Positions 38,301 through 49,987 of a stretch of 64,000 nucleotides of DNA are shown here, in pieces; the first letter of the stretch is position 1; every line of letters starts with the position of its first letter. Position numbers and translations under genes: made by a program. The notes under the pieces are model-generated. The model was not told the DNA's origin. It did not search any database and was given only the letters and a program-made list of their open reading frames with translations. The DNA is from Klebsormidium nitens (lineage: Eukaryota; Plantae; Klebsormidiophyceae), in the NCBI GenBank assembly GCA_000708835.1, contig DF237047.1, forward strand, positions 1 to 64,000, read 5' to 3'.

Positions 38301-41300
38301 TCTGTTCCCTTAGTCTGACGTCCCTCGCCTTATGAAGCGACAAGATGGACAAACTACACAGCAAGATGCACACCTGGGTTTTGCCACTAGTATCGGGAGC
38401 GCGGCTGCTCAGTGTCAGACCGACGCCCCAAAACTTTACAAAACCCGTTGTCCTCGGTGCGACGCACTCGTCAGCTCGTGATATTGTCCTTCTCTTCAGA
38501 TACCGCAATAGCCGACACGGATTCCGTCACAACCCAAATGCCTTCTCGCTCTAGCCCTCAAGCTCTCGTTCGACGCAAAAGCTTCGTTATCCACAAGTTC
38601 GGGTTGGATTACCTGCATACAGTTTTTGATCGCGTTCCCGCTTCTTTCTCCAGGTTGCAAGAGCCGACTTTAGTTACGGAACAAGCGCCGGGCCTGCAGC
38701 GGGAACTGCTGACGTGCGTGCTGACCGTGCTGGAAGGCAGACATTGTTTCCCGTAAGCCCAGTTGGAACGATTATNNNNNNNNNNNNNNNNNNNNNNNNN
38801 NNNNNNNNNNNNNNNNNNNNNNNNNNNNNNNNNNNNNNNNNNNNNNNNNNNNNNNNNNNNNNNNNNNNNNNNNNNNNNNNNNNNNNNNNNNNNNNNNNNN
38901 NNNNNNNNNNNNNNNNNNNNNNNNNNNNNNNNNNNNNNNNNNNNNNNNNNNNNNNNNNNNNNNNNNNNNNNNNNNNNNNNNNNNNNNNNNNNNNNNNNNN
39001 NNNNNNNNNNNNNNNNNNNNNNNNNNNNNNNNNNNNNNNNNNNNNNNNNNNNNNNNNNNNNNNNNNNNNNNNNNNNNNNNNNNNNNNNNNNNNNNNNNNN
39101 NNNNNNNNNNNNNNNNNNNNNNNNNNNNNNNNNNNNNNNNNNNNNNNNNNNNNNNNNNNNNNNNNNNNNNNNNNNNNNNNNNNNNNNNNNNNNNNNNNNN
39201 NNNNNNNNNNNNNNNNNNNNNNNNNNNNNNNNNNNNNNNNNNNNNNNNNNNNNNNNNNNNNNNNNNNNNNNNNNNNNNNNNNNNNNNNNNNNNNNNNNNN
39301 NNNNNNNNNNNNNNNNNNNNNNNNNNNNNNNNNNNNNNNNNNNNNNNNNNNNNNNNTGCAAATCACCAAACCGGTCCTCGCTTCTTTTCCAGGTGCTGCA
39401 AGAGCCAACTCTAGTCACGGAACAAGCGCCGGGCCTGCAGCGGGAACTGCTGACGTGCGTGCTGACCGTGCTGGAAGGCCTCGACGCGCCGCTCGTCACG
39501 AGCCTGTGGCACGGCAAGGAGCACAGGGCTCGTGCCTTCTTTCAACTGCTGGAGCGAGCTTTGGAGCTCTTCCAGGTGAGTGGAGCTGGGTCCACAAATT
39601 TCAGAACCCTCAGAAGTTGGCTCAATCTATGTATCGCCTGTTTCGGAGGGGGCTAGTTGCTTCCAAGTCCAGATAGGTTGGTGACGCTGATTCGTAATCA
39701 TGCCTTCGGACCGTTCAAACCGTCTTGTCGGACTTCGCAGGCCAGGAAAACATGCTGGCTGAAAGCTTTGACTCGAACAGACAGCTTTGAATTACCGAGC
39801 TAGAGACTCCAGAAACTTGAAGACCGCACTACGCCGTGTCTCGCAACATTCAAAGGACCATCTGCTTCACAGGTTCCAGAATACCCAAGGGAGAAACTGA
39901 CGCTTCGCTCACGATCTTTCCGGAGTCTAAGGCAGGCTACTTTTGTCTTTGCAGTGGGCACCTGTCCCCCCGGGGGCTCAGCCCGGGAGTTCCAGCCCTC
40001 CGGGGTGGGGGCTTTCGGCGCACCTCTTCTCCGAGAAGCTGTCCCCCTCGGTGCAACATTACATCACGAACGCGATCCGACACCACAAAAAGGTGAGGCT
40101 TGTGCTTTAGGAGGGCGCCCTTGAGGTCCTTTTCCGGTGTGGTGACGACGTACCTCAGGAATGCCGCCAAACCTGACGTCATGTAGATGTTGTCTCAGAA
40201 GTCAAAGAGAAGCCCATGTAGTCACCCATTAAGGCGATCGGGACCCTCTCAGCGCCAGCCGGACGGACTTCCAATACCATGTCAAGCATCGTAAAGAGCC
40301 ACGTGTGTCTATCACGCCCTTGATTGAGCCTAGCGGATTATAAGGGCGCCGTCAGTCCCGTTGAGCAGATTCAAGCTCTCACGATTTCGGCAGCTCACTT
40401 TAGGTCCGATTCCAATCCGCAGGCTTCCTTGGAGCAGTCGTTTGCCCGGCAGGGCATCGCCCACAAGGCTCATCTCCGGGAGGCCCTCTCTCAGATCCAG
40501 GCAAGCCGCAAAACGACGCCGCGCGTGCCGCAGTCGCGAGAGGACCTGCCCGCCTTCCTGCGGGAAAGGCTGGTAAGTATGTCGCCCCTTTGGTTTGGAG
40601 GAAAGCATCACTTCGCATCTTTTCTCTAGGCGCTTGCATACGTAACAGTGGTACCTTCCGCTTCGGTCTTCACAATCTTTTGCAGGTTTAGCATATCTCG
40701 GATCCAGGGGAAAGAAACAATTCACAAGGGGCTTCATTAGAAGATGATACATCGTATTAGCTTCATTAGAAAGCAGATTGTGCCTCCGTTCGAGACTCTG
40801 CTTTTCAGTCCAGTCCCTAGCCTTTGGTTCCATTGATCAACTCCGCCGCCAAACAAGCGAACGATCTAACAGCGGCTGCTCTGAGCATTTTCACAAACCT
40901 GCCACGAAGGCAACTGAAAACGCACTCCCCCTTTCGCGCAGGACCTCTGGGAAGGCAATCTGAGCGCGCGCACAAGCCGCGAGGTCCTCCGAACCGTCCG
41001 CCTCTATTCCAACCACTGCACCGCCGAGCGGGGATCCCCCTCCCCGCCTTCCGAAGCTCTGCTCTTCCCCCTCCTCAACGCGTTCCTCGCCAAGCCGCAG
41101 TCCGTTGCGGTCTGGGCGCTTTTGGCGCCGCTGTTAGAGACGCTGCTCGAGCGGCATGGGGGGGCGCTTCTGGAGCCCGCCAACGGCGGATGCGTCAAGG
41201 AGTTGGCGTTCCACCTGCTGAGGGTTATGACGGCAAGGTACGTTCCGGAGAGAAACTAAGGAGGACAGGGTGAATGTAACCGGGACGGTCCTGGAAAGCT

Positions 41301-44300
41301 GTGCAGCCTGAACGGCATGCATGCGAACACCGGATTGGAATGCCTTTCTTGTGGTGGTCTAGTTACGTTGAAAAGATGAAAGCTGAGTGACTGACCTTTT
41401 CGGAAATGAAGCTTGAACAGGCCATCTCGCTTGATATTCTGACCGTGGTGGTATGCTGCCGAACGCCTTTGATTTCGCCAATCTTGCTTTAGCACTCTCT
41501 CCACGGTCGTCGTGGTTGAAGCTATGTCCATCGAGTGTGCACTTTCTCTTCGTGCGCATGCACCTGATCACTTCTTCTTACGCTGAAATGTTCTTACTTA
41601 GATAATGCAAAAGCTTGTCGCCTCAAGCGAGATTAGTACCCTTTCAACAGGCTTTCCAAGACGTCGTCTCAAGCATCTCACCTCTCTGCAGCTTGCGCGC
41701 CATTCGCGCACGCGCGGCCGCGTGCCTCCTGCTCCTCCTCAGCTCCATCCACCGCCGAGAGGGATCCCTCCAGTCCACGCGCACCCTCCTCAGCCTCACG
41801 CTCTCGGAGCTCCTCTCATCAATCCAAGTGCTCGACTCGTGCTCTGCCCCCGGGGCACCCCCCACCGAACCTCCGCCCGAGTCTCGCGCGCAAGTCGCGC
41901 GTCTTAAGGCGCTCCTCGAAGAACTGGTCTCTAGAGAGGGCTGCGAAAAGCTGTTAGCGGAGGCCGGTCTCTCGACGGGGGCCGTTGTCGGGTTCGAGAA
42001 GGAGCGAGAGTCCCCTCGGGAGAGTCAACCGGGGGCGGACTCCGGCCCAGCGGCCGATGCAATCGATTTGTACCTACCGACCGTCGAGGCGTTTCAGAGC
42101 GAGATCACGCCGCGGGGAGACGGGCCGGAACCTTTGCCGCGGCTGCTTACGTCAGCACCGAACGGCGGGATTTTGACGGGGCTGCACCAGCTGTCGGTGC
42201 CGGAAAGTAGTCCGGCGGGTAGTGGAGCGGAAACAGAACGGAACGGAACCCCCTCCGGGGATCCACCGGCGGAGCCGTCTGCGACCACTCCGTCCGATCT
42301 GACGGCGGAAGACTCCTTCTTCTCGATCTTTGACTCGGCGACTCCCCCCCTCGGAACGAGCCCCGGCGGCCAGCCAAAAGCTGACGGCTGGGCTGACGTC
42401 AGAGAGCTGATGCGGACCCTAACCCGTGCGCTGGAGAGCTCGGTGCAGCACTCCCTGCACGTATCACAGACCGCCACGTGGCACGACCCCTCGGAGAGCT
42501 ACGCACGCATGGCGGTGGCGTACTCGCACGTGCTGGAGTTACGAGTTTTGTGGCTGCTGAACCTGTGCGAGTTTCACCAGGGGCGGCAGGCGTGGGCGGA
42601 GGCGGCGCAGTGCGCACTTACGGTCGCTGGCGTCATCATGCAGGTAAGAAGGTGGATCAAAAGCAGGTTATGCCTCAGGGGTTAGGGTTGAAGAGTCTCA
42701 GGTTATGACCACATACCTCATTTTGAGTGGCGTAGTGCGCACTCATGGTTGCGGGCGTCATCATGCAGGTGAGGGAGCGGCCGGAAAGCAGTGCTTGTGT
42801 ATCTCTTTGCTGCATCGCCCTTCCGCCAATACCACCATAGTGGTGGACAAAGGCAGACTCATTTCGGGGCTAGCATTGTCTGCCACAAGCCGTGGGTCAG
42901 GTGCATGTCAATGGTCCGTCTTCCAATCATCGCTCCAAAGATCAAAGCAGCCGTCACAGGAAGCGGTGCAAGCAGTATACCGTCCTTCAAGTTCCTGACG
43001 AAGCGAGACCGCTTTCGCTAACCCCGTCGAATCCTGCAGGCGCTCATCCACCGGGGCGACCCGGTGTGGACTCCAGGCGACCTCGCCCACCTCCGCCGGC
43101 TGTGCCCGTCGCTCCCCGAAACCCTGGACGACCCGGGGAGTCGCAGCAGCAAGATCAGCGTCGACACCGCGCTGCGCTACCTCCAAATGGCGTACCGCTT
43201 CTGCGATAAGGCCGCGCTCTTCCACGCGTGCACCGACCTTATGGAGCTGCAGCTGCCCGCGTATAAGAGCCGGGCGGACTATAAGCAGCTGGCGCACGCG
43301 CACGAGATGCTGCGCGGGGTGTACGAGGCGATACGGGAGCAGGTGGGGAAGCTTTACCCTATCGTTAGCTTTTCAGCACAGATTTACAAAACGGGCGGCA
43401 TCTTCGATCTCGCGTGTCCCAATGGTTTCACTTGGACGGGCAGGGACCTCTGTTTCGAGTCGCAAGAGAAGAGCAGCCAAATCACTTGAAGGGTGTGACT
43501 CGAAACACACTCGTCTCCTGCTTCTGAGTTGGTGTGTCGTCTTGAAGTGAGCCGTGTGCTGAACCAATCACTCGGCGCTTTTAGCGTCAGCTAGACAGAG
43601 CCGTCGTCACGGTATGTCAATTCATCCCTTTCGCTTGAGCGGGCAGTGACGTGTATTTCGGGCACAGCCCGTTTCTGATCAGGCTCTGTTCTCGTGCTCC
43701 TAGTCGCTGTGTCGTCCTCAAGTCTTGCGTGACCAAAACTTTTACTGAGCGTTTCTGTTGTCAGTTAGACACGTCCGTCTCCATACTTGTGTGCCCTGAA
43801 TGGAAGCAGACCTGTTTCCAAAGAGACCTCAACATAAGCAATCCGTAGCAAGTGCACTGGAGTCACAATCAACAAATACAGATGAGACGTACGCTTTGCC
43901 TTTTGCTGGCCCTCCTCTGACTTTCCTCAAGCATTTTGTAACCTTCCGCAGTCTGTCTTCAACTCTAATGAAGCTGCTTCTCAGATTCTGGTGAACCTAT
44001 CTGTATTTGTTAGACTGCTAAACCTTGTCGATTCGGTGATCTTTTGCAGGAGCAGGACATTTCGTTCCGCGACGCCACGTACTACCGTGTCGGCTTCTAC
44101 GGCGCCGTCTTCGGCCCCCTTGACCGCTCCGAGTTCGTGTACAGAGAATCTAGCGCGGTGCGGCTGGGCGACATGATCGAACGGCTGAGCTCCTCCGCCC
44201 CGGAGGGATCCCCCGACCACAGGATAGGAATCATCTCGGACTCGCGCGTCGTGCAAAACCTCCCGGGGGGGGCTGCGTATTTACAGATCACGGCCTTAGA

Positions 44301-45244
44301 ACCAGTTTCCGCACTAACCGACAGACCGATTGACCCCCCCCCCGGGAGCCCCGGGAGCCCCAACAGCCAGCCCCCCCGCCACATGGGCGTTTCCGAGTTT
44401 TACTGCGATACGGGTTTCGTTAAGGACGGCCAAACCCCAGGCGGGTTAGAGACGCAGTGGAAGCGGCGCACCGTCATGAGCGTCGCCGGCAGCTTCCCGA
44501 GCCTCGTGCGCCGGTTGAAGGTGACCCGGACCGCGGTTACCGAGATAACCCCGATCGAGAACGCGGTCGGAATACTGGCGGATAGAGCGCATGCGCTGCG
44601 GGTCGAGATCGAGCGGCCCGCGCCGGTGCTGACGTCAGTGCAGAGGCTACTGCAGGGGAGCGTAGCGCTGCAGGTTAACAGCGGGGTTCTGGGGGTCTGC
44701 CGAGCGTTCCTGGAGCCGACACGTGGCCTCCAGGGATTGCTGGCGAACCTGCCCGCGCCACCCGCTGTGCAGGACCCGGGACTCGAGAGACTGAAGGCCG
44801 CAGTTCTGGACTTTGTGGCCGTTTGCAAGGCTGCCGTCAAGGTGGGGAGATGATCGAGTCTCTTGCTGTATGATGCACGTTTTGAAGAGACATTGAGTCA
44901 GCAAGGTTCTCTGGCAACTGCGAGAGCACGACACAAGATCCTGTTGCTCGTTAAGTCATTGTGGACTTCTGACTCGTAGACGCGCGAGACGCTGTTCCCA
45001 TCCGTTCGTTTTAAAAGGCTGACAAAGTGCATGACGATGGAGATTTACCAGCTTTACTAGGTACACCTTCTTTTTGATTGCTTTTCAGAAGCTAAGCTCT
45101 GATACACATGCTCGCGAACTGCAGGTCCATGCCCGACTAATGGGCGATGAAGACCAAGAGTTCCACGTCCAACTAGTCCAAGGTCTGCAGGGCCTCATCT
45201 TCGAGATCTCAGCATTCATCCCAACTGTACTAAATCAAATGTAA
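29314..45244 (+). CDS. SPK1: DOCK-family Rho/ROP guanine-nucleotide exchange factor, SPIKE1-like; 25 exons modelled (29314-29391, 29746-29908, 30059-30132, 30306-30418, 30629-30684, 30840-30937, 31149-31286, 31543-31944, 32165-32935, 33213-33407, 33815-33919, 34333-34506, 35044-35189, 35765-35909, 36389-36721, 37300-37511, 37979-38096, 39393-39575, 39955-40092, 40423-40572, 40942-41237, 41692-42643, 43040-43342, 44050-44841, 45125-45244), about 2080 aa; an extra start exon at 28462-28476 is possible
   Basis: GKYGHY, PAFNWEEER, REKISEDFHF, CLLIQLERTATEE, DHR1/C2 motifs (LYVYPLSL..SRKRNLLVRVELRDDD; FHDEIKLRLP), GGETLQVA.FRALVNILTR, AKGYKVGPVYEDVLSMAW, and DHR2 (DATYYRVGFYG, WKRRTV, LRRLLQGSV-like QRLLQGSVALQVNSG, EDQEFH.QLV.G). 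The frame is continuous through all modelled junctions. Confidence 0.93.
35217..35501. repeat. Intronic minisatellite, 4 x 71-72 bp, starting about 27 nt after an SPK1 donor
   Basis: Unit approximately tggttccgtttcctgtgcatgcttttgagtcgggcRtcgcttcaaacgccttgcttaaRgagcatcRagac. Unit ends at 35287, 35358, 35430 and 35501. Confidence 0.92.
38776..39356. other. Assembly gap (581 N) inside an SPK1 intron
   Basis: Run of n in the sequence. Confidence 1.
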
Positions 45245-45606
45245 ACTATCCAGGTGCTAACAAAGTTCACGGGACCATACTGTTTGATCCTCGAAAAACC
45301 CCTTTCGCGGTTGCTTTTGCGGGCCCGTGTCAGGTTGATATATTTAGTCTCAACGTGGTCTCGCTGAATCGGTAGCAGGTGCGCATAGACATAGATCAGA
45401 CAGACACACAGCCTCTAGTCATAGCGTTTGGACTGCACAACTCTGACGGTAGGTTGATCTGGCGGTGTAAGGAGCCGGATGACAGGATCTCAAGCGACTT
45501 CGGGCCTTTACAGGCCTCACTGGCCCATGCAAACACGTAATTGAACGTCTAAAAAGGTGGGGTATGAGAGCTTTTCATTGGCGTTGTCAGTAAGCCCTGC
45601 TTCACA

Positions 45607-45636
45607 TGGGCGATCCTTGTTTGGGCGATCCTTGTT
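45607..45636. repeat. Exact 15-bp tandem duplication (tgggcgatccttgtt x2)
   Basis: Adjacent identical copies at 45607-45621 and 45622-45636. Confidence 0.9.
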
Positions 45637-46648
45637 TAAGTTTGGTTTAGGTCTCAATGCAGATCTGAGAGTGACGTGACCTGCATGATGCCTTCAGGAT
45701 TCACCTTGCATGAGCTGTAGAAGGACATTTCTTTCGTTGACTTGATTGCATATCAGTCCGTGTGAGCAAATTGACAAATTTGCTATGAACCGCCTAAATC
45801 TGTCAAAGCCTAAAGGTCAACGGCTTCTTCCCGTTCTTTTCATTTTGTAGCTGAAAGGCCATAGGCTTCTGATGGCATACATGTCTGGATATTTCGTGAG
45901 TATCCTGGAGTTTGCAAATTATGTATCTTGGTGTAGGCTCAATTGTTATTATCTGAATGTTGGGTTCATTCTGCGCCTCTACAAATGGGGTATACGTAAT
46001 ATATTACTTGGGAGTTTACAGTATGCTAGTGCATTTGGGTTCGCAATTTTATTTTCTTAGGACTAAATCGTATTCTCTCCTCTTGCGACGCTGCTTCTCA
46101 ACTCAACAGAGAGATTTTGTCTAGATTAGTTTCGGGAAGTTGGGTAATTTGCTTTTGTGCCAATACCTATATGGTCATGGGTTTGTTACAAATGGGCCAA
46201 AGTTGATTTGGGGTGATTGCATGACGGGATTGTCATATTTTGTGCGGCACTGCTGCTTCCTTTCTGTTCCACGATGTTGTGGCATTAATGATAATTCAAA
46301 TTCAACATTTTCCCAGTGGTCGTTCTTATTATCACTGAAGTGATAATATCTAGTATAATATAAGAAGGTATTATGCAGCATTTGGGCAGTGGTTGTGTAC
46401 AACACGAATGATTTGATGAAGTGCCAAGGGATAATAAGTTATTCACTCACTTCATGTGCATACATCTTCCACCGCAACAGTGTCATTCACTCGATCTCAA
46501 ATGGATGTAGTGACGAAGTCAGAATATGGTGATCCGGATCCGCTTTTATTACCAAAAGCAAGGTCAATGTATCTTGTTATTTAATTAGCTTGCGCTTGTC
46601 CGTGGGGCAGTATACTACAATTCGAAAAAATGGTGTGTAGACTTAAGT

Positions 46649-48551
46649 CTACTGGCCGGGGGTGAAAGCGGTGGCATATGCCCAGGCGTTGTTGACAGTG
46701 GGGTTGTCGAGGTGGTCAGCCAAGTTCTGGAGGGGGCCCTTGCCGGTGACGATGGCCTGGACGTAGAATCCGAACATGGAGAACATAGCGAGTCTGCAGG
46801 GAAGGAGAACGAGGGTCAGTTTTGGACGTAGTTTAGGGAAGGGAACTTGTGATAGGATGTTCTACAGGAAAGTACCGGACAATGCAGAGATGCAGCGACT
46901 GCATATTATGTCGCTTGAATAATTCCACTTGTAAACTTTGTTGCAGGTCTTCGTTGGATGCCAGAACTAGACGAGTGCAGACCAGAAGACAGCAATGGCA
47001 AGAGACACTGTCTTCTCACCTTCCGTTCTTGATCTCCTTGGTCCTCAGCTCAGCGAAGGTGTCGGGGTCCTCAGCCAGGTTCAAGCTGCAGGAATGGACA
47101 AGGTCATGTTATTGTTGATAAGGAAATACTTTCCACTGTCGCAGAATGCAAAGGATCTGTCAGCATTACAGGGAGTCCTCTTGTTCTGGGGAGCTGCTAG
47201 AGAGGCAGGTAAGAGGACAGAATTGTAGTCGAGAAGTATTGTAGTCAAGGAGTATGTGGAATGAAGGCACAATGCAATGGGATGAAGTAATGGGAACTGG
47301 AAACTTACGGGTCGAACTGGCCACCGGGGTACAGGGGGTCCTCAACCTCGCCAAGAGGTCCACCGTTCACCCTGTATGCCTCAACGGCACCCATCAACAC
47401 AACCTGGATAGACAGAAAAAATGTTAGGGCCTGGTCGACACTTGCAACTCCTTCAGACTCTGCTTCGGCTGGAATTGGCAGTCTTGCTTGGACTGGGAGG
47501 TTGCATTTTATTGTCAAGGATGCCAGTCTTCATTGAAGATACCCGAGGTCGTCCTACAGATGCAAAGACCTGCTGTCTGAACTAAAGCAGGCAATCTGCA
47601 AGGCAATGTACAAGATAGAAACAGAACAAGAGTCGGCAGAGTCGAACAGCAAGGAAAGATACACTCCATGTCAGATTAGGTCTCACCTGGGAAGCAAGAA
47701 TGGCAAGGATGGACTGGGCGTGGACAAGGCTGGGGTTGCCGAGGTAGTCCAGGCCGCCGGAGGCGAAGATCTGAGAGCCGGCCTTGAACCAGACGGCCTC
47801 ACCGAACTTGGTGCCGTTCTGGGCAAGGAGCTCGGGGAAGACGCACCCCAGAGCACCGAGCATGGCCCACCGGGCGTGGATGACCTCAAGCTCGCGGTTC
47901 CTGTAGAGACACAGTTTACATCAGATGCTGGACTGGTCTTCGGTTGCAGGACTACTGAACCACAATCACTCTCTTTCACATCCTGTTTCAGCCACCCAAA
48001 TATCTGCCTATTGTGCCGTGTTTAGTATTGATAAACAGGCAGATTGACATTGGTGGCTCCGTGTCAATCAGCATGAATGCACCTGGTACTCATAGAATTT
48101 GAGTCACTTGTGATCAATTACATGTCACCGGATTTTCAGTCGCAAGTAACTCTTTCAAATCTCAGATCAGGGACTAGAAGGCCCAATGTGGCAAGTTGTC
48201 CACAAATTCACGCTGTTTGCCAAGGCACCAGTTTATCTGGTCCAATCCACTTGTCCTTCCTGCATTGCCTTGCTGGTTGCTGCATCTCCTGGATCCTCAC
48301 CTGGCGAAGGTCTCGGGGTCAGCGGACAGACCAGCGGTGTCCCAGCCATAGTCACCAGCGAACTCTCCCTTCAGGTATGAGGGGGTGTCACCGGAGAAGG
48401 GGCCCAGGAACTTAACGCGGTCAGGGCCATAGAACTCAACCATGGAGGTCCTGGCGCCATTGCTGACCTGGGAGATCTTCTTGGTGGCAGCGACCTTGCC
48501 GGCGAAGCTGCTCACCAGGGTGGCGGAGGCGGCGGCCAGAGCGGAAGCCAT
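46649..48551 (-). CDS. LHCB: Major LHCII chlorophyll a/b-binding protein, copy A; 5 exons (48301-48551, 47687-47900, 47309-47403, 47020-47085, 46649-46793)
   Basis: [80 protein letters not shown] and DHL..P..NNAW. All junctions are GT-AG. Confidence 0.98.
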
Positions 48552-49888
48552 TGTGTCTAGTTTAGGTGATTGCTAAACAACAAGTGAGTTTCTAAAGTTT
48601 GTGTTGGGAATGGCGATGAATGCGAGGAATTTGGAGCTAATGAAGGCGCTGCAACTTGGAGGAGGCAAACGGAAGGGAAACTCACAAGCAGTCTGATCAG
48701 AGCCAAAAGGCAGTCACAGATCAGAGCCAGAATGCAGTCACAGACTGGTGATCTGCTTGCCGCATGCACATTGCAGACTGGGGCTGCTGTGTGTCGCCCT
48801 CGTGCTGACTGCGCGATTTTGCTGCGCAGGCATTGGCTGGGCGGCGGAGCGGAAGGTCGCATCCCATTCGCTGCGCATTCCAGGTCAGTTGCTCATTCGC
48901 TGATCCACGGCGGCCGTGCAAACTAGATTGTGTCACTGACGAAACGCGCGCTATCAATTGTTTGCCTGCGCAGTTTCAAGCGTGGTGATTCGACCGCAAG
49001 GTCTCACGCGCGAGTTTTGGGTGCGCTTCGCGCAGGATAGAATGACGTCAATGATGAGACACAAAAAGAGGAAACCCGCAAGCTCGCATTCGAAAACCAC
49101 GTGAGAACTTAGAAGCGATCTGTGGTCTTCAGATTTTGAGACGAGATCACTTTCGGCACCGCGATTGGACGGCACAAGGTTCGCGGAGCGAAGTGGAGCC
49201 CGTTCTCGGCCGTCGATGCGGTCTGGGAATCATGGAATCCGTTTCAGGATAAAAGAGCGGGAGTGCTTTTGACGTCATGTATCGAGCTAGACTTTACCCC
49301 TTCGACAACCCTTCAAACCTTTCAACAAAGCTTTCATAGCCGCTCGCGCACAAAGGACTCTCTCCGTACAATACGGACTAATGATAGTTGATGACGACAG
49401 CAGGGACATTATCCACCCGCGCATTTACTCTCCAGATTGCCTCTCCGTGGTCGATGTGCTTTTGGAGTTGTTCTCCGCCGTCCGCATAGAATTATCAAGG
49501 AGAGATTAACATCGAAGGTGTGACGAGCCTTGGAGGGAAATATCGACGGTTCATACCAGCCCCTTCCGATTCGCTTTTGTGATCTCCTTCGACCGGCCGC
49601 AGTCTGGAACAAAATCTGAGCATTGGCAAGGCGCGAGCACCACTCTCTGCGCGCCAGTCTCAGCAAATGAGCGCGTCTCTTCAGGCGTGTGACTCGCTAG
49701 GGAGAGCCAGGAGATCGCTTTTAGCCAATGACTTCGCAGCAAATGATTCACCAACGAAGGGAGATCGGGCGCCACTGCCCGCAGAAGTCCGCAATGGCTG
49801 TGCTGCAGTCAGAGCTTCCTCCTCTAAGCCAACTCCAGACTGGACGGGCTATCCAAGCCGATTGCGACTGCGGCCACCTCGATTCTGC

Positions 49889-49895
49889 TATAAAA
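49889..49895 (+). promoter_or_regulatory. Probable TATA box of LHCB copy B
   Basis: TATAAAA 93 nt upstream of the ATG at 49988, followed by a C/T-rich leader. Confidence 0.55.
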
Positions 49896-49987
49896 GCCGG
49901 GAACCCTCCACCTTCCAAAATTATTCCAAAGATTCCCAACTCTCAAAACTTCCAACTTTCTTCTTCTCTCCTCCAGCCGTAGTCACA

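Noticed and set aside
15025-40915. Weak possible echoes (about 15026, 15389, 31361, 37886, 40897)
   Set aside because: Matches of about 12-20 nt cannot be told from chance by eye, so they are excluded from the echo count.
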